NCBI GenBank assembly: GCA_030429765.1
Contig: JAUIER010000009.1
Span: 49,941-113,940 of the forward strand
DNA from: a bacterium
Lineage (GTDB): Bacteria; Omnitrophota; Gorgyraeia; Zapsychrales; Zapsychraceae
DNA: 64,000 nucleotides
Direction of reading: 5' to 3'
Shown here: piece after piece, positions 9,112 through 18,297 of the stretch
Layout of the letters: each line of letters starts with the position of its first letter
How positions within the stretch are numbered: position 1 is the stretch's first letter
Notes under the pieces: generated by a model
Told to the model about the DNA's origin: nothing
Databases searched by the model: none
Seen by the model: the letters and a program-made list of their open reading frames with translations, nothing else
Translations under genes and position numbers: made by a program

Positions 9112-11508
9112 ATGAGATTTTGTTTTGCGACAAATAAGTGTATATTCGCCGTGGCCGCGCTGTTGATTGTCTTTGCTTTTTGTGATCGGACATCAGTGTA
9201 TGCACAGCGGTCCACGCCCGGGCAACCAGACTTAATTGAGCTTACCGATGATTATCGGCCTGCCCTGATTAAAGGGGTTCGGGTTGATCCCGATAATGCC
9301 CTTGCGTTTCAATTTATTATTGATCCAGGGGGCACCTCGTTTCAGGATGAAGCCTTCCAACGTCAAGCGACAAAGTTAATTAAATACTTTCTCACCGCGT
9401 TAACTATTCCCGAAGATGAACTATGGGTCAATCTGTCACCGTATGAATCGCATCGGATTATTCCCGATCGTTTTGGTCAAACGGAGATGGGGCGTGATTT
9501 GCTGGAGTTGGATTATCAGCTCAAGCAGCTGACCTCCTCAATGATGTATCCCGAAACCCCGATCGGTCAGTCATTTTGGCAGCGTGTGTATCAACGCGCG
9601 CAATCGCTTCACGGTTCCACGGAGATTCCGATGAATACTTATAACAAGATCTGGATAATTCCGGAGTCCGCGCAGGTCTACGAAGATGAGCTCGGAGCGT
9701 TTGTAGTTGACAGCCATTTGCAGGTAATGCTCGAAGAGGATTATTTGGCATTACAGCATCACACGGCTGAGTCGGCGAAGGCCGCGGATGATGTCATCAG
9801 TGGAGTCTCGTCCAAAATTGTGCGTGAGGTATTGATCCCGGAGATTGAACATGAGGTCAACAACGGCAAGATCTTTGCTGAATTACGGCAGATGTACAGC
9901 GCGCTGGTGCTGGCGGCTTGGTACAAGCAGTCCGTAACATCGGGGCTTCTGGATAAATCCTATGTCGACCAGGGTAAAGTTCAGGGAGTGCACATACAAA
10001 AAGAGGGAGTACGGGAGGAAATCTATCAGCGTTATGTTATGGCCTTCAGGAAAGGGGTTTATGATTATATCCGTGAGGATGTTGATCTTCAGACCGGACA
10101 GTTAATCCCGCGCAGATATTTCTCCGGCGGCGTTGAGCTCAGCGCTGAGCGCCAACGAGTGGACCTGTCTACGCTAGCGAAGGAGTTAGGCGGCACAGAG
10201 GCAAGTCTGATTCGGGTGTCGGCGGATCTGGAGGCGATTACGAATAGCGCCTCTAAAATCGACCGGGCGCAGTTAGGTCAGCATACGGCAGACCTGTTGT
10301 TATATCGGGAGTTAATGCTGTTGCGAGATCAAAATCTGCCGTTCCGTCCCGAAGATTTCCGAGGGACGGGCACTGAACTTGAACGTCTTCCCGCCCGGTT
10401 ACTGGAAAAGGCCATTGATATCATGAAAAACCATCACATCGGTCAGTTTCGCGCGGATGGGACCACCGAGTACATTACGCATCCATTGGGGGTTGCCGCG
10501 ATTTACCTGAACGAACTGGGTATTAATGATCCCGAAGTCTTCATGGCCCTCTTGTTTCACGATGTCATCGAAAACAGTATCACCTATTATACAGACTTGC
10601 CAATCAACAAGATTACCGAGGAGGAGGCGATTGAGCTCAGGAAACGTCGTCCCAAGATTTCGCGCAGCGCCCGGGATCTGCATCGGGTGACCAAGCTTGT
10701 CATGGACGAGTTGGTGGCGGCTGGTGTCGACCGTCAAGGGCTGGATCTTGATCGTGTCTTTAGTCTTGTTAACGCGCTCAGTAAGCACAATGAACGGGAT
10801 ATCCACAAGCACTATCTGCCTGGTCTGGTCGATCAGGGTAGTGATGGGGTGCTGGCGAAGTTGATGGACCAAATCCATAATATCCGTACCAATATTTTTG
10901 CCACCGATGCGTCATTTGTGGAGAAGTACGTGTTTGGCGATGGACATAAACGAACGGGCAGTATTTACATTTATCTGGAGGCCCCGGTGGGAACAACAGG
11001 TAAGCCGTTTGTTGATCATCTTAATGAAGACCATCGGCATGTGAAAACGCTCTACCAAATCGCCTTGTTCAAGACCATTGAAGGGAATCTTGAACGTTTA
11101 ACACGGATCCATACAATCCGCGATGTGCTCGCGGTGATTCATCGGATTGCGCCGGATCTGACAATGGACCTGCATTATCATTCCAGGGAGCATGCGCTCG
11201 AGGAGGCCATTGCCCAGATGCAGCAACGGTTTGATCAGCAGGTCGCCGCCATTGACGCGGCGATGATCAGCGACTTTACCAAGGGTGGAATTGATCTGAA
11301 TCAGGCGCATTTAAAGCTGGAGGTCGCCGGCGAGCGGCGGATTCAAATCCAGTCACCGGAGTCCTGGACGGAGGAATCCGTAGAGATAGAAGGGTTTGTT
11401 CCGGTTATCCAGGAAGTCGTTCCGATGATCGATCCGCTTGAAACGCTGGGTTTGGGAGATAGTGCCCTAAAGGCGGACAGTCTGGCGTATGAAATGTCAG
11501 ATGATTAG
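9112..11508 (+). CDS. Large secreted-type protein: conserved N-terminal domain, central RelA/SpoT-type HD domain, C-terminal KGGIDLN motif
   Basis: Signal peptide; LWVNLSPYE/GQTEMGRDLL domain; HIGQFR..G..YITHPLGVA...LLFHDVIEN...KLMDQIHNIRT. Confidence 0.7.
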   Translation: MRFCFATNKCIFAVAALLIVFAFCDRTSVYAQRSTPGQPDLIELTDDYRPALIKGVRVDPDNALAFQFIIDPGGTSFQDEAFQRQATKLIKYFLTALTIPEDELWVNLSPYESHRIIPDRFGQTEMGRDLLELDYQLKQLTSSMMYPETPIGQSFWQRVYQRAQSLHGSTEIPMNTYNKIWIIPESAQVYEDELGAFVVDSHLQVMLEEDYLALQHHTAESAKAADDVISGVSSKIVREVLIPEIEHEVNNGKIFAELRQMYSALVLAAWYKQSVTSGLLDKSYVDQGKVQGVHIQKEGVREEIYQRYVMAFRKGVYDYIREDVDLQTGQLIPRRYFSGGVELSAERQRVDLSTLAKELGGTEASLIRVSADLEAITNSASKIDRAQLGQHTADLLLYRELMLLRDQNLPFRPEDFRGTGTELERLPARLLEKAIDIMKNHHIGQFRADGTTEYITHPLGVAAIYLNELGINDPEVFMALLFHDVIENSITYYTDLPINKITEEEAIELRKRRPKISRSARDLHRVTKLVMDELVAAGVDRQGLDLDRVFSLVNALSKHNERDIHKHYLPGLVDQGSDGVLAKLMDQIHNIRTNIFATDASFVEKYVFGDGHKRTGSIYIYLEAPVGTTGKPFVDHLNEDHRHVKTLYQIALFKTIEGNLERLTRIHTIRDVLAVIHRIAPDLTMDLHYHSREHALEEAIAQMQQRFDQQVAAIDAAMISDFTKGGIDLNQAHLKLEVAGERRIQIQSPESWTEESVEIEGFVPVIQEVVPMIDPLETLGLGDSALKADSLAYEMSDD

Positions 11509-11606
11509 ATTTGGGTGTGAATCAAAAGGCATATGAAGGCCCATAAATAACTTAAATATATGGTATAAAACAACTTATATGGTGATTATGCTGATCTCAA
11601 ATTGTG

Positions 11607-11635
11607 TTGAAAATCATTTTTGCATATGATATGCT
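11607..11635 (+). promoter_or_regulatory. Putative promoter for the tRNA-Ile2/zinc-ribbon/rnhA/rnpB unit
   Basis: TTGAAA-17 bp-TATGCT with upstream TG. Confidence 0.45.
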
Positions 11636-11738
11636 GAATGACAAAATTGAGCTAAGTATATACGAATACTTTGAGTTACGTCTAATTCTTGACCAACTAA
11701 GGTGTTCGGGGAGATGAATCATACATTCAAGGATTTCC

Positions 11739-11812
11739 GGGCCTTTAGCTCAGTCGGTTAGAGCAGTTCACTCATAATGAATTGGTCCCAGGTTCGAGTC
11801 CTGGAAGGCCCA
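11739..11812 (+). tRNA. tRNA with CAT anticodon, most likely tRNA-Ile2 (lysidine-modified); CCA not encoded
   Basis: GGGCCTT/AAGGCCC acceptor stem, TAGCTCAG D arm, CTCATAA loop, GGTTCGAGTCC T arm; acceptor stem with C4/C5 resembles Ile2 rather than Met. Confidence 0.9.
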
Positions 11813-11855
11813 GTTTACCAAGACCTAATAATTATCCCTAGATAAAGGACAGAGC

Positions 11856-12578
11856 GTGGAGACTTCGGTAAAGGATCAAATAAAAAAACTAGTCGAAATA
11901 CAAAAGTTGGATGGTGAAATCTATGATCTCAACAAAGAGATCAAGGAAAAACCGCTGCTGATTGATGAGCTCAAGGAACAGTTCGAAACCACCAAGGCTC
12001 ATCTTAATCAATTGGAAGCTGAAGCCAAAGCGGTCCTGGTTGCCCGTAAAGATTTTGAACTGGAGCTTCAATCCAAAGAGGATGCCATCGCCAAGTCCAA
12101 TGCAGATTTGTCGCAGATCAAGACCAACAAGGAGTATACGGCCAAGGTCAACGAGATCGAAAGTATAAAAGCCGATAAGTCTCAAACCGAAGAAAAAATT
12201 CTCAAGTCATACGATCAGGTCGATAAAATCAATGTCGATATAGATAAAGAAAAAGTCGTTGTCGGTGAGCGTGAAAAGGAATACTTAAGTAAGAAAAAGG
12301 AAATTGAAGACGAGATTAAGGTTCTACAGGATCGTGTTCAAGTTCTCGACGGACAGCGAAAGCAAATTGCCCCGGATATCGATCCGCCGTTACTAGCTCA
12401 ATATGAAAAGCTGCTGCAGCACAAAGAGGGGCGCGCGATTGTGGCGGTACACGGAACGTCATGCGGTGGATGCTACATGAATGTCATGCAGCAAAGTCTT
12501 AATCTGATCAAGATGCACACGGAAGTGGTCCGTTGCGATTATTGTTCGCGGATGCTCTACATCGAGGATGATCTTTGA
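11856..12578 (+). CDS. Coiled-coil protein with C4-type zinc ribbon (DUF164/CdsZ-like)
   Basis: Long coiled coil, IKTNKEY motif, CGGC...CDYCSRMLY. Confidence 0.88.
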   Translation: METSVKDQIKKLVEIQKLDGEIYDLNKEIKEKPLLIDELKEQFETTKAHLNQLEAEAKAVLVARKDFELELQSKEDAIAKSNADLSQIKTNKEYTAKVNEIESIKADKSQTEEKILKSYDQVDKINVDIDKEKVVVGEREKEYLSKKKEIEDEIKVLQDRVQVLDGQRKQIAPDIDPPLLAQYEKLLQHKEGRAIVAVHGTSCGGCYMNVMQQSLNLIKMHTEVVRCDYCSRMLYIEDDL

Positions 12579-13042
12579 GTTTAAAGTCGTTGGTGATCAA
12601 TGTCGACGGTGCGTGCAGTGGCAATCCGGGAGAGGCCGGGATTGGCGTTGTGGTCCGTCAGGACGATAAGATCATTAAAGAGATATCGCAGCCAATTGGC
12701 GTGGCGACGAATAATATCGCTGAATATACCGCGCTGATTTACGGATTGCAGGAAGGGTTGATCCAGCGGGCAGATGAAGTTTATGTGATCACCGATAGCG
12801 AATTGGTATTCAATCAAATAGCGGGCAATTATAAGGTCAAGAATGAAAAAATCAAACCGCTATTTGATCAGGTAAAGCATTTAGTTCAAGGGTTTAAGTC
12901 GTTTAAAATAGAGCATGTTCTGCGTGGAAAGAACCAGGACGCGGATCGGCTTGCAACACAATCCATAGCTAAAAAACAGACCAAGATGGTTGCCTCGTTG
13001 TTTGATAACAACGAGGAGGAAAGTCCGAGCTCCACAGGATAG
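12575..13042 (+). CDS. rnhA: Ribonuclease HI family protein
   Basis: DGACSGNPGEAG, TNNIAEY, TDSELV, R..N..ADRLA catalytic motifs. Confidence 0.88.
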   Translation: MSLKSLVINVDGACSGNPGEAGIGVVVRQDDKIIKEISQPIGVATNNIAEYTALIYGLQEGLIQRADEVYVITDSELVFNQIAGNYKVKNEKIKPLFDQVKHLVQGFKSFKIEHVLRGKNQDADRLATQSIAKKQTKMVASLFDNNEEESPSSTG

Positions 13043-13352
13043 TATACCCTGGTAACGCAGGGCCTTACCGGTTTGCTTCGCATGCCGGTATGAGGATTAG
13101 AGCCACAGTGACGAATAAGGCGAATTTGTCTCTGACAAATCCGCTATAGTGAAACGAGCAATCTCTATACGGAGCAATGCCAAATAGGTGAAGATTTAAC
13201 TTCGGTTAAGACGAATTGATCCGGTTCGTTGATTCACGGGTAGGCTGCAAGAGTTTAAGAAGTGATTCTTAAAGTGAGTTGAATAACCATCGAGCCAGAT
13301 TGATTGTTATGATCGGGCTGGCTTCACAGAACTCGGCTTATACAGTCTGTTT
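12974..13352 (+). ncRNA. rnpB: RNase P RNA
   Basis: GAGGAAAGTCCGAGC and ACAGAACTCGGCTTAT (P4); P1 AAACAGAC/GTCTGTTT; P2 GATGGTT/AACCATC; GTGAAACG, GAGCAA and GGGTAGGCTGC landmarks. Confidence 0.93.
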
Positions 13353-13447
13353 AATTATAGAATTGAACGGTGGATTATTGCGAAACAGTCAGTAAATCCG
13401 TCGGCAAGACTTCAACAAATAAGCATTTCAAAAATGGAGGAGATGTA

Positions 13448-14206
13448 ATGTCAGGACATAGTAAATGGGCGAGTATTAAACATAAAAAGGGAGCGGCTGA
13501 CGCCAAGCGTGGAGCAGCCTTCTCGAAAATGGCGAAAGAAATTACTGCTGTGGCCAAGACCGGCGGCGGAGATCCTGATGCAAACGCGTCTCTACGAACA
13601 GTGATTGAACGGGCCAAAGGCATTAACATGCCCAAGGACAAGATCGAGAATGCGATCAAGAAAGGGACGGGTGAAATTCCTGGTGTTACATATGATGAGG
13701 TCTCATTTGATGCGTATGGTCCCGGAGGTGTAGCGATGATGATTACCGGTTTGACTGATAACAACAACCGGACATCAGCCGAGATCAAGGCCATTTTGAA
13801 ACGTAAGAATGGTAGCTCGGCCGGAGCCGGCGCGACATCGTTCCTGTTTTCGAAAAAGGGTTTTATTTCAATCGAGAAAGACAAAGTCAGTGAAGAGGAT
13901 TTGATGGATGTGGCTTTGGAAGCAGGCGCGGAAGATATTAAATCAGACGGCAACTATCATGAAATCACGACAGACATCAATGATCTGAATGCCGTCCGTG
14001 AGGCGATCGAGGCCAAGGGAATTCCTATGGTTACAGCTGAAATGACGATGATCCCAAGTAACTATGTGAAGGTCGAGGGGAACGAAGCCAAGCAGTTGCT
14101 TTCATTGATGGAAGCCCTTGAAGAGCATGAGGACGTCCAAAATGTATACGCCAACTTCGACATTTCGGACGAAGAAATGGATCGGATTGCAGCCGAAGAA
14201 GGCTAA
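13448..14206 (+). CDS. yebC: YebC/PmpR family protein
   Basis: MSGHSKWASIKHKK start after GGAGG RBS; YGPGGVA; DVQNVYANF. Confidence 0.95.
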   Translation: MSGHSKWASIKHKKGAADAKRGAAFSKMAKEITAVAKTGGGDPDANASLRTVIERAKGINMPKDKIENAIKKGTGEIPGVTYDEVSFDAYGPGGVAMMITGLTDNNNRTSAEIKAILKRKNGSSAGAGATSFLFSKKGFISIEKDKVSEEDLMDVALEAGAEDIKSDGNYHEITTDINDLNAVREAIEAKGIPMVTAEMTMIPSNYVKVEGNEAKQLLSLMEALEEHEDVQNVYANFDISDEEMDRIAAEEG

Positions 14207-14688
14207 TGCGCGTAATAGGGGTTGATCCCGGATCAAACGCGACCGGTTACGGAATCATCGAAGCGCAAAGCGGCAAGATCAAGATCCTGGAAATCGGCAC
14301 GATCGAGCCCAAAAAGTCGGACCCGCTACGATTTCGGATTCTCAAGATACATTCAATCCTTAAAAAATTGATCCAGCAGTATCATCCGGATGTCATGGTC
14401 CTGGAAAAACTTTACGCGCACCACAAGTATCCGGCCACAGCTGCGGTTATCGGTCATGCCCGGGGCGTGATTTGCCTGGCCAGCGCTGAGAGCAATATTG
14501 AGCTGGTTGAACACAGTGTTAAACGTATCCGGAAGGCCATAACCGGCAACGGAAACGCGACCAAACACCAGACACGCAGTGTGGTGGCGCACATTTTATC
14601 GATAGATGAATCCAAACTCACCCTTGATGCCAGCGACGCGCTGGCATTAAGTTTGGGGTACGCCTACATGGAAAACCTTCACAGATGA
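14206..14688 (+). CDS. ruvC: Holliday junction resolvase
   Basis: IGVDPG..TGYG, VLE, HARGV, TGNGNATK, DASDALA. Confidence 0.93.
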   Translation: MRVIGVDPGSNATGYGIIEAQSGKIKILEIGTIEPKKSDPLRFRILKIHSILKKLIQQYHPDVMVLEKLYAHHKYPATAAVIGHARGVICLASAESNIELVEHSVKRIRKAITGNGNATKHQTRSVVAHILSIDESKLTLDASDALALSLGYAYMENLHR

Positions 14689-15311
14689 TCGTAAAAATAG
14701 CCGGACAATTAGTCGAAAAAAATGAACAATCGGTTGTTTTGCGTCTCAATGGGCTTTATTATGAAGTGATGGTTCCGCAATCGGTGCTGCAGCGCATTGC
14801 CGACGACTATCCGGCCGAACAGGAACTGGAATTGATCACGTATCACTATTATCAGATGAATCAGTCCAGTGCCGTACCGTTATTGATCGGATTCTTGAAT
14901 AAGATCGAATGTGATTTTTTTCAGCAGTTTATCAAGGTTTCCGGTATCGGACCGCGCGCGGCCGTCAAGGCGATCAACAAGCCGATCAGTGAAATTACCC
15001 AGGCCATCGACGCTGGCGATGTCAAGATGCTCAAGACATTGCCCGGGATTGGTCTGCAACGCGCCAAGGAAATTGTGGCCAAGCTTCAGGGTAAGGTCAG
15101 CAAATATGGTTTAATCCAAGACCGGGTGGCTACACCTGTAGCGGCCGAGGCGCCTGATTGGCAGGAAGAGGCGTTAAACGTATTGCTTCAGCTTCAGTAC
15201 AAGAAGCCGGAAGCCCAGGATATGATCGAAAAGGCTTTAAAACGTTCTGACAGCATTGATACATCCGAGAAGCTTTTGAATGAAATTTACAAACAAAAGG
15301 TGAATGCTTAA
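14685..15311 (+). CDS. ruvA: Holliday junction branch migration protein
   Basis: OB-fold N-terminus, two HhH motifs (VSGIGPR, LPGIGLQ), C-terminal domain III. Confidence 0.9.
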   Translation: MIVKIAGQLVEKNEQSVVLRLNGLYYEVMVPQSVLQRIADDYPAEQELELITYHYYQMNQSSAVPLLIGFLNKIECDFFQQFIKVSGIGPRAAVKAINKPISEITQAIDAGDVKMLKTLPGIGLQRAKEIVAKLQGKVSKYGLIQDRVATPVAAEAPDWQEEALNVLLQLQYKKPEAQDMIEKALKRSDSIDTSEKLLNEIYKQKVNA

Positions 15312-16153
15312 TGGAAAACGAAACGAACGAGCCGCTTAACTACATCAAAGGTGTGGTTGAGTCTTTGCTTTTCGTGAACGAACGTCCGGTGACTCTCGAA
15401 CAGATCAAGCGGGTATTGGAAACCGTCACTCCCAAGGAAATCAAACAGGCCATTGCTTCTCTTAAAGAAGAATTTGAATCGAGGGGGGCTGGAATTACGA
15501 TTGAGGAGATTGCCGGCGGATATCAGATGTTAAGCAATCCCAAGTATGTCAGCTATGTTCGGAAGTTTTATAAAACCAAGCATAAAGAAAAACTTTCAAA
15601 ACCGGCGCTTGAGACGCTGGCGATCATTGCCTATAAGCAGCCGGTCACGCGCGGTGATATTGAGTTAATTCGCGGCGTAAATTCGGATGGTGTCGTCGCG
15701 CATTTGCTGAATAAAGAACTGATCAAGATGGCGGGCCGAAAAGATATTCCGGGCCGGCCGTTTTTATATGGAACCACGAAACAATTTTTGGAATATTTTG
15801 GACTGAAGTCGCTGGACATTCTGCCGAACCTTGAAGAATTAAGTATTTTATCGTCGAGAGATGAAGAGGAATCTGAAGACGAAGGTGTTGGCGTGCCGGA
15901 AAGCGCGTTGGCGGTCAATTCGTTGGAGAAGCAGAAACAGCGGGCCATCGCAGAGGCGGAGCGGAACGCTATGCCAGAGGAATCCGACTCAATCGATTCT
16001 GCCCCGGCGACAGAAGCCGTCGCGGACATATCGGAGGAGACAGAATCATCGCTCGAGCCAGACGCCGAAGGTGAACCGCAGGTGGCGACAGCAACCTTAA
16101 CAGCACAGGATGAACAACCGGACGAACGTAAGGAAGAAAATGAGTCTCAATAG
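15311..16153 (+). CDS. scpB: SMC-Scp complex subunit ScpB with acidic C-terminal tail
   Basis: LSKPALETLAIIAYKQPVTR, IRGVNS, PGRPFLYGTT..FLEYFGL. Confidence 0.95.
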   Translation: MENETNEPLNYIKGVVESLLFVNERPVTLEQIKRVLETVTPKEIKQAIASLKEEFESRGAGITIEEIAGGYQMLSNPKYVSYVRKFYKTKHKEKLSKPALETLAIIAYKQPVTRGDIELIRGVNSDGVVAHLLNKELIKMAGRKDIPGRPFLYGTTKQFLEYFGLKSLDILPNLEELSILSSRDEEESEDEGVGVPESALAVNSLEKQKQRAIAEAERNAMPEESDSIDSAPATEAVADISEETESSLEPDAEGEPQVATATLTAQDEQPDERKEENESQ

Positions 16154-17201
16154 TTACCGCAAAAAGATTGACGAGATTGATGCGAAGGTCATAAAGTTAC
16201 TAAACGAACGCGCCGAAATGAGTCAGGCGATCGGGGCGCGGAAGTTAAAAACGAATACCGGAATATACGCGCCAGCGCGTGAGAAGCAGGTTTTTGACAA
16301 TATCAAAAAACTTAACCAAGGGCCGATGAGTCAGGAGGCCTTTGAAGCGATTTACCGTGAGATCATGTCGAGCTCATTGGCTCTTGAGAAGTCATTGAAG
16401 ATCGCCTATCTCGGTCCGGAAGATTCGTATACCCATCTGGCATCGATCAAGAAGTTTGGTTCTCAAATTGATTACCAGCCATGTGACAGCATTTTGGATG
16501 TTTTCAAATGTGTTGAAAACGACGAATGTGAGTATGGCGTCGTTCCTATTGAAAATTCCACGGAAGGCGTTGTCACGCACACCATTGATATGCTGGTGGA
16601 CTCCGAACTAAAGATCTGCGCGCAGATCCTGATGAAGATTTCACATAATTTGATCTCCAAGACTACGCTGCGCCAGATCAAAAAAATCTACTCTAATTCA
16701 CAGGTTTTTGGTCAGTGCCGGCATTGGTTGCATAAGAATATGCCGGGGGTGGATTTGGTTCCGATTGAATCGACCAGCAAGGCGGCTCAAAAGGCCTCGA
16801 AGGAAAAAAATACAGCCGCGATATCGTCGTCGATGGCGGCCAAGACCTATGGCCTAAAGGTGCTCAAATCAAATATTCAGGATATCGCGCATAATGCGAC
16901 AAGATTTCTGGTGATCGCCAAGCAGGACGTGCCCGCGACGGGAAGCGATCGCACCACTATATTGTTTTCAATCAAAGATAAAGTCGGCGCATTGCATGGC
17001 ATGTTGACGCCGTTCTACAAAAATAAAATAAATTTAACCAAAATTGAGTCACGACCATCGAAAAAACGTGCATGGGATTATTATTTCTTTGTTGATTTTA
17101 ACGGACATCGTTCAGATAAGAATGTTAAATTAGCCTTAAGTCAGTTGGAAAACATGTGCAAGTATCTGAAGGTGGTCGGCTCGTATCCAAGTTTGGATTG
17201 A
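16140..17201 (+). CDS. pheA: Chorismate mutase/prephenate dehydratase
   Basis: CM domain (R..ID.ID...LLNERA), VPIENSTEG, N.TRF, ACT domain LTKIESRPS. Confidence 0.95.
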   Translation: MSLNSYRKKIDEIDAKVIKLLNERAEMSQAIGARKLKTNTGIYAPAREKQVFDNIKKLNQGPMSQEAFEAIYREIMSSSLALEKSLKIAYLGPEDSYTHLASIKKFGSQIDYQPCDSILDVFKCVENDECEYGVVPIENSTEGVVTHTIDMLVDSELKICAQILMKISHNLISKTTLRQIKKIYSNSQVFGQCRHWLHKNMPGVDLVPIESTSKAAQKASKEKNTAAISSSMAAKTYGLKVLKSNIQDIAHNATRFLVIAKQDVPATGSDRTTILFSIKDKVGALHGMLTPFYKNKINLTKIESRPSKKRAWDYYFFVDFNGHRSDKNVKLALSQLENMCKYLKVVGSYPSLD

Positions 17202-17202
17202 T

Positions 17203-18297
17203 ATGCGAGATTTAAGAAGTGTTGCCAAGCAGACGGTGCTTCAAGTTAAGCCGTATGTTCCGGGCAAGCCTATCGAAGAGGTCAAACGTGAGCTGAAACT
17301 TACGGATGTCATCAAGCTGGCTTCGAACGAAAACCCATACAAGCCCTCACCCCGAGTCCTTCAGGCGATTAAGTCGGCGTCTTTGCAGATTAACCGCTAT
17401 CCCGACGGAGGATGTCACTATCTGCGTGAAAAATTAGCTAAATTTTTAAAAGTCAGGCCGGAGCAGCTGGTTTTCGGAAACGGTTCGGATGAACTAATCG
17501 TCTTGGCGGTGCGGCTTTTTGTCGGTGACAAAGACGAGGTCGTGATGGCTCAGCCGTCATTTTTGGTATATTCCATCGCATCCAGTATTGCCGGCGCGCA
17601 GATCAAGAATGTTCCGCTTAAAGATTTTCATTATGATTTACCGGCGATGAAAAAGGCAATCACGAGCAGGACCCGTATCGTATTTTTGGGTAACCCGGAT
17701 AATCCCGCCGGAACTTATCTCAAGCAAAAAGACGTAGAGAGCTTTCTCGAGGGAATCCCGCAGGATGTTCTCGTCTTTATTGACGAAGCCTATTTTGAGT
17801 ATGTGCACGCCAGAGACTATGTCAATTCCATCCAGCTGTTAAAGAAATACAAGAATATTATAATTTCGCGGACATTCTCCAAGATGTACGGACTGGCCGG
17901 GCTGCGTGTCGGTTATGGGGTGTGCCATAAGGATCTCAGCGATTTGTTCAACCGGATTCGAGAGCCGTTCAATGTGAACTCTGTCGCCCAGGCGGCCGCG
18001 ATCGCTTGCCTTGAAGATCAGGATTACTATCGAGATATAGCTGAGAAGGTTGAGCGAGAACGGGCCTATCTCTATAAGAATTTTGAACGGCTGGGGTTGA
18101 ACTATCAGCCAAGCTGTACCAACTTTATTCTCCTTGATGTCGGACAGAATGGATCGGATGTGGTCAAGCGGCTGCTCAAGCGGGGCGTGATCGTCCGTGA
18201 CATGGGCTTTTGGGGAATGAATCAGCATATCCGCATTTCGATTGGGAAGAGGTCGGAAAATCGGCAGCTGATCAGCACATTGGAGCAGGTATTATGA
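17203..18297 (+). CDS. hisC: Histidinol-phosphate/aromatic aminotransferase
   Basis: KLASNENP, GNGSDE, NPDNPAG, DEAY, RTFSKMYGLAGLRVGY. Confidence 0.93.
   Translation: MRDLRSVAKQTVLQVKPYVPGKPIEEVKRELKLTDVIKLASNENPYKPSPRVLQAIKSASLQINRYPDGGCHYLREKLAKFLKVRPEQLVFGNGSDELIVLAVRLFVGDKDEVVMAQPSFLVYSIASSIAGAQIKNVPLKDFHYDLPAMKKAITSRTRIVFLGNPDNPAGTYLKQKDVESFLEGIPQDVLVFIDEAYFEYVHARDYVNSIQLLKKYKNIIISRTFSKMYGLAGLRVGYGVCHKDLSDLFNRIREPFNVNSVAQAAAIACLEDQDYYRDIAEKVERERAYLYKNFERLGLNYQPSCTNFILLDVGQNGSDVVKRLLKRGVIVRDMGFWGMNQHIRISIGKRSENRQLISTLEQVL

Noticed and set aside
11739-11812. tRNA-Met or fMet call, or use as an integration site
   Set aside because: No C1:A72 mismatch or GGG/CCC anticodon stem of fMet; the acceptor stem fits Ile2; no duplicated tRNA end or integrase seen
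13370-13447. Upstream extension of yebC in the ORF track (similar extensions for pheA, aroF, pfkB, lexA, arnT)
   Set aside because: Downstream ATGs match family N-termini and/or have better RBS or promoter context
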